A program made the translations under genes and the position numbers. A stretch of DNA of 64,000 nucleotides from Roseburia sp. (GTDB lineage Bacteria; Bacillota; Clostridia; Lachnospirales; Lachnospiraceae), in assembly GCA_022771695.1 (NCBI GenBank), contig JALEKJ010000060.1:49397-113396 (forward strand). Reading direction: 5' to 3'. Of this stretch, positions 9,676 to 18,740 are shown piece after piece. How positions within the stretch are numbered: the first letter of the stretch is position 1; each line of letters begins with the position of its first letter. Under the pieces are notes generated by a model, which ran no database searches, was not told the origin of the DNA, and worked only from the letters and a program-made list of their open reading frames with translations.

Positions 9676-11682
9676 CTATGCTTCTACCAACTGCAAATCA
9701 TATAGCTTTCGATAGATGCCATCCTGCCCTAGAAGTTCTTGGTGTGTGCCGGATTCCTCTATCTGACCGTGGTGCATGACAATAATTTTGTCTGCATGCT
9801 GAATGGTGGACAGGCGGTGTGCTACCATAATTGTGGTACGACCCTCCATCAGTTTTTCCAAGGCTTCTGTAATGATGCTCTCTGTCTCGGTGTCAATATT
9901 TGCGGTTGCTTCATCTAAAACGAGGATGGATGGGTTATATGCCAACGTTCTTGCAAAGGAGAGCAACTGACGCTGACCGGCAGAGAGGGTACTTCCACGT
10001 TCGGTTACCGGCTCGTCGTAACCTCCCGGCATCTTTTGAATGAAGGAGTCTGCATTTACAATTTTTGCGGCACGTTTGATCTCTTCCAGAGAAATGTTCT
10101 CGTTGCTTAAGGAGATATTGCTCTTGATATCACCGGTAAAGATGAAGACATCCTGTTGCACCTGACCGATGGCGCCGCGGAGAACATCGGTATCAATATC
10201 CTTGATGTTGACACCGTCGATTAAAATTTCACCTTTCTGGATATCAAAGTATCGTCCAATCAGATTTAGGATGGAGGACTTCCCGGCACCTGTGGCACCG
10301 ACAAAGGCAACCTTTTCTCCAGGCTCAATGACAAAGCTGACATCTTTTAGAATATAGTTATATTCTCCGTCCGCAGTTTTGTCGTAGGCGAACCATACGT
10401 TTTTAAATTCAATGCGTCCACGTATCGTGACATCCAACGGATGGGAAGGATTTACGATTTCCGGCTTCTCATCGAGAATAGAGAAAATTTTCTCGGCGGA
10501 AGCGAGAGAGGACTGTAGGGTTCCGAATTGCTCTGCAAGCTCCTGAATCGGCTCAAAGAAGGAACTGATATAAGTGATGAAGATAAACAGTGTTCCAAGT
10601 GAGAGAGTTCCGCTAAGGACAGAGGCGCTTCCGGTACCGATAACGAGAATCATTGCAAGCACGGACACAAAGTAGATAGCCGGGCGGAAAATGGCAAATG
10701 TCATGACTTCTCGCCAGTTTGCTGCAAACAGTTCGCCGGACTTTTTCTCAAATTCCTGATACTTTTCCTCCTCGCGGGCAAAAATCTGAATCAGCTTCAT
10801 CCCGGAGATGTGTTCAGATAAAAAGGTGTTGAGCTCCGTAATCTTCGTTCTTGTAATCTGATAAGCCTTGCGTGATAGAAAACGAAAAAGGAAAGTCAGC
10901 ACCGCAACGACCGGAAGCAGTAAAAATGAGATGCCTGCCATGCGCGCGTCAATGGAAATCATGACAACGGCATAACCGATAATCTTTACGATGTTTTTAA
11001 AGAGCTTTACCAGAATCGTGGTAAACAGCTCGTTTACTGCCTCGGTGTCGTTGGAAACACGCGTGACAAGTTTGCCGACCGGTGTGATGTTAAAGAAGTT
11101 TAACGACAGGCTGTGTATATGGGAAAAGACCTCTTCACGCATCCGGTAGATAATTTTTTGCCCCATTTTCTGTAACATCCACGTATCGACCGCATTTAAG
11201 ACAAAACCGAGAAGCAGCATAAGAAGATAGAGCCCTGCGGCATACAAAATGCCAATGAAATCATAGTGTCGCAGCTCTCTTAATTCGTCGTGGCTTAAGG
11301 CATGTGCATCGTTTTTGATATACTGTGAGATTACATCTGAAGTGGCATCTTTTAAGCTTTCACATTCTTCGGCAGAAAGGTTTTCTGCCATGTAGTAATT
11401 GTCATTGTAGAGCACAAGCTGGTAATAGATATCTGCGTCGCCAGAGATATCAGATGTGGCAGAAGTCTCCCTTGTCAGATAGATATCTTTGTATGCTACC
11501 GCACCGGTTCCGTCTTCTGTGGTGACAGTATAGGGGGAATAGTACCCATTGATATAATCATCGATGGCGTCGCCGATGATAATCGGGCGGTAGAGCTCGA
11601 CAACGATGATGAAAAGAACCAAGAGGGTAGCGGTCGTCATAACCCATTTATGTGGTTTTAAATATGTAAGTAATCGTTTCAT
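9676..11682 (-). CDS. ABC exporter half-transporter (permease+ATPase, 668 aa) with long extracytoplasmic loop
   Basis: Walker A GATGAGKSS, signature LSAGQRQ. About 110-aa insert between TM1 and TM2. 4-nt overlap with the upstream partner. Confidence 0.85.
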   Translation of the reverse strand: MKRLLTYLKPHKWVMTTATLLVLFIIVVELYRPIIIGDAIDDYINGYYSPYTVTTEDGTGAVAYKDIYLTRETSATSDISGDADIYYQLVLYNDNYYMAENLSAEECESLKDATSDVISQYIKNDAHALSHDELRELRHYDFIGILYAAGLYLLMLLLGFVLNAVDTWMLQKMGQKIIYRMREEVFSHIHSLSLNFFNITPVGKLVTRVSNDTEAVNELFTTILVKLFKNIVKIIGYAVVMISIDARMAGISFLLLPVVAVLTFLFRFLSRKAYQITRTKITELNTFLSEHISGMKLIQIFAREEEKYQEFEKKSGELFAANWREVMTFAIFRPAIYFVSVLAMILVIGTGSASVLSGTLSLGTLFIFITYISSFFEPIQELAEQFGTLQSSLASAEKIFSILDEKPEIVNPSHPLDVTIRGRIEFKNVWFAYDKTADGEYNYILKDVSFVIEPGEKVAFVGATGAGKSSILNLIGRYFDIQKGEILIDGVNIKDIDTDVLRGAIGQVQQDVFIFTGDIKSNISLSNENISLEEIKRAAKIVNADSFIQKMPGGYDEPVTERGSTLSAGQRQLLSFARTLAYNPSILVLDEATANIDTETESIITEALEKLMEGRTTIMVAHRLSTIQHADKIIVMHHGQIEESGTHQELLGQDGIYRKLYDLQLVEA

Positions 11683-13433
11683 ACGTGAGCACCTCCCTTT
11701 GCAGCTTCTAGCTGCTGCTTTTCAAACATATCGTGATAGATACCGTTTAACTGCATCAGTTCGGCGTGATTGCCGATTTCCTTTGCCTCGCCATCCTCTA
11801 ATACCATGATAATATCTGCATTTTGAATCGTAGAGATACGATGGGCAATGAGAATCGTGGTCTTTCCGGCACGGTTCTTTTTCAGATTGTGCAGGATATG
11901 TTCTTCGGTATCGGTATCTACCGCAGAGAGTGCATCATCCAAAATTAAAATAGGCGCATCTTTCAGCAATGCTCTTGCGATGGAGCTTCGCTGTTTTTGA
12001 CCGCCGGAGAGTGTGACACCGCGTTCTCCGACGACGGTTTCGTAGCCATCCGGGAAGGTGATAATACTGTCGTGAATGCAGGCTGCTTCTGTTGCCTGAA
12101 TAATAGAATCCATATCTTCCTCCTCAACGCCAAATGAGATGTTAGACTTTAAGGTATCAGAGAACAGAAAATTATCCTGTGGAACATAGGCGATATTCTC
12201 GCGCAGAGTCTTAAGCGAAATGGTGTTGATATCTTTACCGTCAAGCAGAATCATGCCGGGCTTTGTGTTATAAAGATGTAGCAGAAGATTGACCAGTGTG
12301 GATTTCCCGTTTCCGGTACGTCCGACAATGGCGAGTGTCGTTCCGGCAGGAACATGGAGATTGATATCCTGCAGGGTCGGTTCACTGTGACCGCGGTGAA
12401 TAAATGTGAGATGGGAGAACGTGATGTCTCCCTTTAGGGCATCCACGTCGGTTGCGCCCGGCTGATCACAGATTTCCGGCTCCTCGTCAAAAATTGCCTT
12501 AATACGGTGAAGGGAGGCTGCACCTTGTGAAAACATATTGATAGCGTCTCCGCAAGCGAGCATCGGCCATACGAGCATGTTGATATATTGATTGAATGCA
12601 ACAAAGCGTCCGAGCGTGATATCACCGACTAACGCGAGATAACCGCCGTAAATCAAGGTAATTAAGGTGGAAAGCCCGATGATGACATCCAAAAGCGGCA
12701 TAACGACCGCCTGCAAACGGACAACATTTAAGTTCTTTTCCATGGAATTCGCATTCGCTTTCGCAAAGGCATAGCGCTCGGCGCGTTCTCTTACGAACGC
12801 CTTGATCACACGTACGCCGGAAAAGCTTTCCTGTACGAAGTCGGTCAGGTCAGAGACGGCCTCCTGTCTGGCAAGAAAGCGCTCATGCATGATTTTGCCG
12901 TAATAGATTTCGCCTGCGCAAATGAAGAACATCGGGATAATAGCCACAAGTGTTAACCGGATATTGACATAGTGCATCATCTGGCAGACTACCATAACGG
13001 TCATGACGGAAGCGTCAAAAACACAGATAATTGCCGGTCCGATGGACATACGTACGGCGTTCAAATCACTGGTAAAGCGTGTCATCAAATCGCCGGTTCC
13101 GCGACCGTTGTAGTATTCCACACTCATTCTTTCTAGATGCGCAAACATATCGTTTCGCAGTTCACGCTCGATAGAGCGGGCTGCACCGAAAATGAAATAA
13201 CGCCATAGAAAGCGACCAAGTGTAAGGAGTGCACCAAGCAGAAAAATGGCAAGGAGACATTCCTTGACGCCATTCCAGTTCATCGTACGTGCCGTCAGTC
13301 CGTCGGTGACAGTTCCGGTTAGTTTTGGAATAAAAAGGTTCGCGAAGTCCACCACAAAGAGTGTGAGGATGCCTGCGATATATCTTGCTTTATGTTTTTT
13401 TATATATCGGAAAATAAAAGAAAAGGGTTCCAT
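11679..13433 (-). CDS. ABC exporter half-transporter (permease+ATPase, 584 aa)
   Basis: Walker A GRTGNGKST, signature LSGGQKQ. GGAGGT RBS. The pair resembles heterodimeric multidrug exporters of the B. subtilis YheI/YheH size class. Confidence 0.85.
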   Translation of the reverse strand: MEPFSFIFRYIKKHKARYIAGILTLFVVDFANLFIPKLTGTVTDGLTARTMNWNGVKECLLAIFLLGALLTLGRFLWRYFIFGAARSIERELRNDMFAHLERMSVEYYNGRGTGDLMTRFTSDLNAVRMSIGPAIICVFDASVMTVMVVCQMMHYVNIRLTLVAIIPMFFICAGEIYYGKIMHERFLARQEAVSDLTDFVQESFSGVRVIKAFVRERAERYAFAKANANSMEKNLNVVRLQAVVMPLLDVIIGLSTLITLIYGGYLALVGDITLGRFVAFNQYINMLVWPMLACGDAINMFSQGAASLHRIKAIFDEEPEICDQPGATDVDALKGDITFSHLTFIHRGHSEPTLQDINLHVPAGTTLAIVGRTGNGKSTLVNLLLHLYNTKPGMILLDGKDINTISLKTLRENIAYVPQDNFLFSDTLKSNISFGVEEEDMDSIIQATEAACIHDSIITFPDGYETVVGERGVTLSGGQKQRSSIARALLKDAPILILDDALSAVDTDTEEHILHNLKKNRAGKTTILIAHRISTIQNADIIMVLEDGEAKEIGNHAELMQLNGIYHDMFEKQQLEAAKGGAHV

Positions 13434-13502
13434 AACTACCTCCCCGAAAATAAAGACTGTCCCTTTATTTTATACACATAAGGAAGAAGTTACAAGATGT
13501 TT

Positions 13503-13549
13503 TGAAAAAAGAATCCCCCCGGAAACCAAGTGATATGGTTCCCGGAGGG
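13503..13549 (-). terminator. intrinsic terminator of htpG
   Basis: 13-bp stem (CCCTCCGGGAACC / GGTTTCCGGGGGG on the minus strand). Two positions pair only as G-U on the minus-strand RNA. Followed by ATTCTTTTTT. Confidence 0.75.
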
Positions 13550-13556
13550 GAAGATA

Positions 13557-15665
13557 CTATTTTGCCAAAAGCATCATGATTTTGTTGCTGCGCTCTACGA
13601 ATTTGCTCATTGCATCTACGGAAAGTGGCTGGTTGCTAAGCATTGCCAGGTCATAAAGCTGCTCGCAGAACATTGGAACATGCTCGGAGTCTTTGTTCTC
13701 GAAGATATATTTTACAAGTGCGTTGTTTGCGTTTAAGGTCAAGGTCTGGTCTGCTGCAAACATATTCGGGTCCATGCCGCCCATGCCGCCCATTGCGTAC
13801 ATCTTCATCATATCCTGCATACGTCTTCCCTCTTCAGAGAGTGTGATGATGGAAGAGATGTTCTCATTCTTTAATTTCTCTACCTTGACGGTCAACTTAT
13901 CGTTGTGCAGAGCATTTTTAAATACCTCGGTCAGTGTGTCGGTCTCTGACTTTAATTCTTCCTCGCTTGTCTCGTCCTTTAATGACTCGGTGAGGTCTGC
14001 ATCGATACGCATAAACTTATACTGCTCGTTGCGCTGTTCTAACTGGGAGATGAAGGAAGTATCGATATTGTGGTCTAAGATGACCGCATCCATTCCCTGT
14101 TCCTTAAAGAGCTTGATGTACTGACCTTGCTGCACCTTATCGGTTACATAGTAGACAATCTTGCGCTCATCTTTTTCTTCTTCCTCTGTGTCAGCAGAAG
14201 CAGTATCCTCGGAAGCTGTGCCTGTTTCGGCGTCGGTAGCGTTGTCAGCATTTTTGGCATCGGAAGCGTCCGCGTCCTTCTCTTCTTCCTTTACAAGAAG
14301 TTCCGGAAGAGTGAGATATTTGTCATCCAAATTCTTAAATAAGATATAATCGTTCATCTTGTCACAGAATTTGACATCCTTTAAACAACCGAATTTGATA
14401 AATGGGCTGATATCGTCCCAATATTTCTCATAGCTCTCTTTGTCGGTCTTGCACATGCCAATCAGCTTGTCAGCAACCTTTTTGGTGATGTATTCTTCAA
14501 TTTTTTTGACAAAGCCATCGTTCTGCAGTGCCGAACGGGAAACGTTCAGTGGCAGGTCCGGGCAGTCGATGACGCCCTTTAAGAGCATCAAAAATTCCGG
14601 AATGACTTCCTTAATATTATCTGCGATAAATACCTGATTGTTGTATAACTTGATGGTTCCCTCAATGGAATCATATTCGGTATTGATTTTCGGGAAGTAG
14701 AGAATACCCTTTAAGTTAAACGGGTAATCCATGTTCAGGTGAATCCAGAATAACGGCTCCTTATAATCTAAGAAGACTTTGCGGTAGAATGCCTTGTATT
14801 CTTCGTCGGTACAGTCGTTTGGATTCTTAAGCCACAACGGGTTGGTATCGTTCAACGGAACAGGACGTTTTACAATCTTAAGCTTATCCTTGGCAGGAGA
14901 AACCTCAACCATTTCTTTTTCACCGTTCTCGTTTTCTTTTTCCTCCATCTTAGCTTCTTCGTGGATCTCCTCTACGACAGTATCGGTATCCAGTTTGTCG
15001 GCTGCATCGATGGTCTCATATTGGGTTTCCGCATTTGCCTTGGTAAGATAAATCTCGGTAGGCATGAAAGAGCAGTATTTCTCGATGATTTCTCTTGCGC
15101 GATACTCATTTGCAAATTCGAGACAGTCTTCATTTAAATGCAAAGTGATTTCTGTACCGATGGTGTCTTTCGTACCGTCGTTCAGTTCATAATCTGTACC
15201 GCCGTCACAGGTCCAGTGTACCGGTGTGGCACCTTCCTTATATGAAAGAGTATCAATCTCTACCTCATCGGCAACCATGAAAGCAGAGTAGAAGCCGAGA
15301 CCGAAGTGACCGATAATCTGGTCATCTGTGGATTTGTCCTTATATTTTTCAATGAAATCTGTTGCACCGGAGAAAGCAATCTGACAGATGTATTCTTCTA
15401 CCTCATCAGCAGTCATACCAAGACCGTTATCAATGAATTTTAAGGTCTTGTCTTCCGGGTTTACGATAATCTGTATTTTTGCCTTGTAATCGTTCGGGAG
15501 TGTATACTCACCCATCATATCAAGTTTTTTTAATTTTGTAATCGCATCGCAGCCATTACTGATTAACTCGCGATAAAAAATGTCGTGGTCAGAATAGAGC
15601 CATTTTTTAATAATAGGAAAAAGGTTATCGCTGTCGATTGACAGACTTCCATGTTTGTTTGCCAT
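13557..15665 (-). CDS. htpG: molecular chaperone HtpG (Hsp90)
   Basis: GHKL ATPase motifs ELISNGCDA, DNGLGMT and GHFGLGFYS. Start moved to MANKHG (ATG 15665) behind AAAGGAGTG. The 23 codons upstream in the ORF track lack an RBS. Confidence 0.93.
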   Translation of the reverse strand: MANKHGSLSIDSDNLFPIIKKWLYSDHDIFYRELISNGCDAITKLKKLDMMGEYTLPNDYKAKIQIIVNPEDKTLKFIDNGLGMTADEVEEYICQIAFSGATDFIEKYKDKSTDDQIIGHFGLGFYSAFMVADEVEIDTLSYKEGATPVHWTCDGGTDYELNDGTKDTIGTEITLHLNEDCLEFANEYRAREIIEKYCSFMPTEIYLTKANAETQYETIDAADKLDTDTVVEEIHEEAKMEEKENENGEKEMVEVSPAKDKLKIVKRPVPLNDTNPLWLKNPNDCTDEEYKAFYRKVFLDYKEPLFWIHLNMDYPFNLKGILYFPKINTEYDSIEGTIKLYNNQVFIADNIKEVIPEFLMLLKGVIDCPDLPLNVSRSALQNDGFVKKIEEYITKKVADKLIGMCKTDKESYEKYWDDISPFIKFGCLKDVKFCDKMNDYILFKNLDDKYLTLPELLVKEEEKDADASDAKNADNATDAETGTASEDTASADTEEEEKDERKIVYYVTDKVQQGQYIKLFKEQGMDAVILDHNIDTSFISQLEQRNEQYKFMRIDADLTESLKDETSEEELKSETDTLTEVFKNALHNDKLTVKVEKLKNENISSIITLSEEGRRMQDMMKMYAMGGMGGMDPNMFAADQTLTLNANNALVKYIFENKDSEHVPMFCEQLYDLAMLSNQPLSVDAMSKFVERSNKIMMLLAK

Positions 15666-15741
15666 AATAGAACACTCCTTTATCTGTAAATTCTTCATAA
15701 ATAAGATATTATAACCGCAAAAATAAAAAGTCAATAGAAAA

Positions 15742-15768
15742 TTAGCACTCTTTTTGAATGAGTGCTAA
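15742..15768. promoter_or_regulatory. CIRCE element (HrcA operator)
   Basis: TTAGCACTC-TTTTTGAAT-GAGTGCTAA, an 18/18 match to the consensus TTAGCACTC-N9-GAGTGCTAA. It lies 77-103 nt upstream of the htpG ATG. Confidence 0.9.
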
Positions 15769-15796
15769 CAATAAAGCAAAAACGGCGAAAAATCAA
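15768..15796 (-). promoter_or_regulatory. candidate sigma-A promoter of htpG abutting CIRCE
   Basis: Minus strand reads TTGATT-17 nt-TATTGT. The -10 overlaps the first base of CIRCE by 1 nt, which is the classic HrcA arrangement. Confidence 0.55.
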
Positions 15797-15898
15797 GAGA
15801 TTTCACAATTATTAAAACTTTATAAAATGGAAGAAGCGGGAAAAACAGGGTTTGAAAAACAGCAGAAATATGTATATACTGATAGTGGAGGAATCAGT

Positions 15899-18670
15899 AT
15901 GATACTTTTAAGAGCCAATGCAGAATTACAGCAGACATTTGAAAAATTAATTCAGGCGACGAAGGTACCTGTAAAGTGGAATGGTATCTTTGCAGTTGTG
16001 GATAATTATATGATATTACAGGGAGAAGTGCGCTCCCTGTTTTTTCATTTTGACAGCAGGAAGGTAGCCACCAATATTATAGAGATACCGGAGCAGACAC
16101 ATATCGAGGCGGTAGATAAGAATCTGCGTGTGCAGAATGCAATTAATATGATTCTCTATGCGTTTGGAAAGTGGGGAACCATCAAGGGCATTCGTGTGGA
16201 GAAAGACTACGCGCAACTGAATCAGTTGTTTGCCGGAATCATGCAGGAATATGAAGTCGAGCCGGAGTATACGCCGGAATATATGCGTTTTTACCGAAGT
16301 GGTGTGCGTATTACTTATGAGGATGTCATCCAGATGGCAATCGAATACAGTGATATGGACGAGAGCGAAGAGGAGGTGCACGGTCAGGGACTGTGGCGTA
16401 AGATTGTCTGGAAGAAAGCAAAGACACAGTTTACACGCCTGGATACGACGGTTGAGGAACGAAAAGGTGACCGCCTTGGCAATAATTTTTATATGGTGGG
16501 GTATTTATGCCCGATATGCGGTAAAAATTTACACATGGTAGTATACCCGGAGGGAAAAGAATTTCGGATTGAGACAGAGGAAGGCGGTGTGCTGCTCGCC
16601 CGGGCGGCAACTTGTGCGCAGTGTCAGTGCTTTTTTACTCCGCGTCCAAAGAAACTTTTTGCGGAGGGCGACATCTATGTGATGGAATTTGGTGAGGATA
16701 CGGTGGCATATGAGGACTATATGGAGCTTTTGGGTCGTGATGGTGATCGTGTATCGAATTGCCACTGCAATGAATATGCAGATGGCAGAGACTGCAGAGA
16801 GGAAAATGAGGAAGAAAGTTTAGAAGAACTTTATACCTATCTCCCGGAGCTGCCAGAAGAAGAACTACGCAAGCTTGAGGCGCGTATGGAGGAGGGATTC
16901 TACCCGGATGAGAGTATCCTTAAATATGAACATGCGGTAAAAGAACAGGCTGTGCAGCGTAGGATGATGCAGAAGGGGGAAGCATCCTTGGATTTGGATG
17001 AGGAACGGAAGCAGGGGCAGTCACGGGGATATGGACAGGAGTTGGAACAGGAACAGCTACAGTTACATGGGCGGAGCGGTTTAGAATATGAGAAGGATAA
17101 GCAGAGCGGGCAGAAGCAGAGTGATTCTGATGAGAAACTTGGTGGAGAATCGCAGCGAAGAGTGTCACCGCATTCTGCCGAAAGCGGAGGAAGCAGGGGA
17201 AGTGCAAACGCGGAAGTGACAGAAGCGGCACGAACATTGAAAAAAGATGGGAAGACGATAGGAGCACCGGAGCACAGTGATATTATCATAACACCGGAAG
17301 AGAGCGCGGAAGTCAGAAAAAAGTACGAAGCACGCATCAATGTATTGGAGCGTTATTCGGAACGCCAGTTAAAAGAACTAAAAAGCCAGTTAGAACGCGA
17401 ACGGAAACTTTCGGTGGAGGAGCGGGAGGCTTTCCTTGTGCGTGTGGAGAAAAAGCTTGAGGATGAACAGACAGCGAGATTGTCTGAGAAGGTGGCGGCT
17501 TGTGAAGGAAAGAACTATGTCGTTATCAAACGGATGCGTGAGGAAGTGGAACATGCGCCCATACCGTATGAAAGAAAGGAACCGTTGTTTGAGAAGCTGA
17601 ATGCCTGGAAAGTACAACAGGCGGAGCGTGAGGTTCGACAGTTAATTGAGAAAATGCCGAAAGATTTGGACCGGAATCAGTACAAGCAGTATGTACAGCG
17701 CATTAGAGATTATGAAGATGTGGATTTTTCGCCTTTTGAGGAAGTATTGAAAGAGCGGCGCAAGGCGGCAGAAAAACAGGAAATTGCAAATGTAGTAAAA
17801 CGAGCGCGGAAAGTGAGCAGAGAAGATTTGACAGAGCTTTCTGACAGGCTGCGGGAGGGAGATTATCTGCCGGAGCTTGTACTTCCATATATCGAAAAGG
17901 TAGAAGAACGTATCAAGGAGATGGATGCGGAGGCAATCGCTCTTATCTGTCCGAATCCGATGCAGATGACTTTTGCACAGGGAATACGGGCATATGAGCA
18001 GATTGAGCAGGGCGATTTTTTGCCGGAATTAAAACAGGATGCGTTAAAGCAGCTTACAAAGCGTTTGGCAAAAATCAAGACAGATGAGTGCGAATTACTT
18101 GTGCAGAAGCTAAGAGAAGAATTACAGGAATCGGGAGTTGCGGACAATCCACGACACCATTTTTATCCGGCGAGAAAGGCTTTATTAAAACAGGCAAAGC
18201 CGGAAGAAGTCGAGGTTATTGAATATGCGATGGCATCTTATGCGGCAGGCAAAGGGCTGTTTGAGTATCCGATTCTTGTGGTCGATGCGACGCGTAACGG
18301 AACCGGAAAAGAGGGCATTATCTTAACGCCGGATCACCTTTATTATAGTACACTTTTGAATGCATACGGTATGCAGATAAACACGATTTCGCGGATTGAG
18401 GGCTCTACGGGACTTTTGAATAAAGGATTATATGTGTATCAGAAGAATGGTACGAAGACAAAGCTTCCATATGCAGTGGAGAGCAAAGAATTAGGATCAT
18501 TTGCAAAGGTACTGGATTCTTTTGTACATTATCTGCAGGAAAAGCCGGACTCCAGGAGCCTTACTTACCTGGCGAGTGAGAAGCATGAGACAATCTGTTG
18601 TTTCCGCTGCGGATACGAGTACAAAGGCGGAAATGTCTGCCCGAAGTGTGGATATCAGAATAACGAATAA
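15899..18670 (+). CDS. large zinc-ribbon / coiled-coil protein of unknown function
   Basis: Long ORF. Preferred start is ATG 15899 behind GGAGG (15887-15891). Contains CPICG..CAQCQC, an acidic/low-complexity middle, Glu/Lys/Arg-rich helical repeats and a C-terminal CFRCG..CPKCG ribbon. The start is uncertain (the ORF opens at 15758). Confidence 0.7.
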   Translation: MILLRANAELQQTFEKLIQATKVPVKWNGIFAVVDNYMILQGEVRSLFFHFDSRKVATNIIEIPEQTHIEAVDKNLRVQNAINMILYAFGKWGTIKGIRVEKDYAQLNQLFAGIMQEYEVEPEYTPEYMRFYRSGVRITYEDVIQMAIEYSDMDESEEEVHGQGLWRKIVWKKAKTQFTRLDTTVEERKGDRLGNNFYMVGYLCPICGKNLHMVVYPEGKEFRIETEEGGVLLARAATCAQCQCFFTPRPKKLFAEGDIYVMEFGEDTVAYEDYMELLGRDGDRVSNCHCNEYADGRDCREENEEESLEELYTYLPELPEEELRKLEARMEEGFYPDESILKYEHAVKEQAVQRRMMQKGEASLDLDEERKQGQSRGYGQELEQEQLQLHGRSGLEYEKDKQSGQKQSDSDEKLGGESQRRVSPHSAESGGSRGSANAEVTEAARTLKKDGKTIGAPEHSDIIITPEESAEVRKKYEARINVLERYSERQLKELKSQLERERKLSVEEREAFLVRVEKKLEDEQTARLSEKVAACEGKNYVVIKRMREEVEHAPIPYERKEPLFEKLNAWKVQQAEREVRQLIEKMPKDLDRNQYKQYVQRIRDYEDVDFSPFEEVLKERRKAAEKQEIANVVKRARKVSREDLTELSDRLREGDYLPELVLPYIEKVEERIKEMDAEAIALICPNPMQMTFAQGIRAYEQIEQGDFLPELKQDALKQLTKRLAKIKTDECELLVQKLREELQESGVADNPRHHFYPARKALLKQAKPEEVEVIEYAMASYAAGKGLFEYPILVVDATRNGTGKEGIILTPDHLYYSTLLNAYGMQINTISRIEGSTGLLNKGLYVYQKNGTKTKLPYAVESKELGSFAKVLDSFVHYLQEKPDSRSLTYLASEKHETICCFRCGYEYKGGNVCPKCGYQNNE

Positions 18671-18740
18671 AGAATCATCGGAATGAGACAGGACTGTGTT
18701 TTCATAAGATATACAGAATGAAATATGTCTGGATGATGTT

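Noticed and set aside
15666-15734. N-terminal extension of the htpG ORF in the track (MTFYFCGYNILFMKNLQIKECSI)
   Set aside because: No RBS. The conserved HtpG N-terminus begins at MANKHG, which has a good SD. Similar upstream extensions were trimmed for aroC, ilvB, serA, DUF1015, era, recO, ppdK, mscL, xth, DUF5131 and the GT2 gene.
15852-15880. TTGAAA-17-TATACT, a near-consensus promoter on the plus strand upstream of the large gene
   Set aside because: A TSS about 7 nt after the -10 would fall on or inside the GGAGG RBS of the preferred start codon. Its role is therefore unclear and it is not listed as a feature.
15758-15898. ATG at 15758 as the start of the large zinc-ribbon protein
   Set aside because: This ATG lies inside the right half-site of the CIRCE palindrome and has no SD. 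ATG 15899 has GGAGG at proper spacing. The start is kept as uncertain, not excluded.
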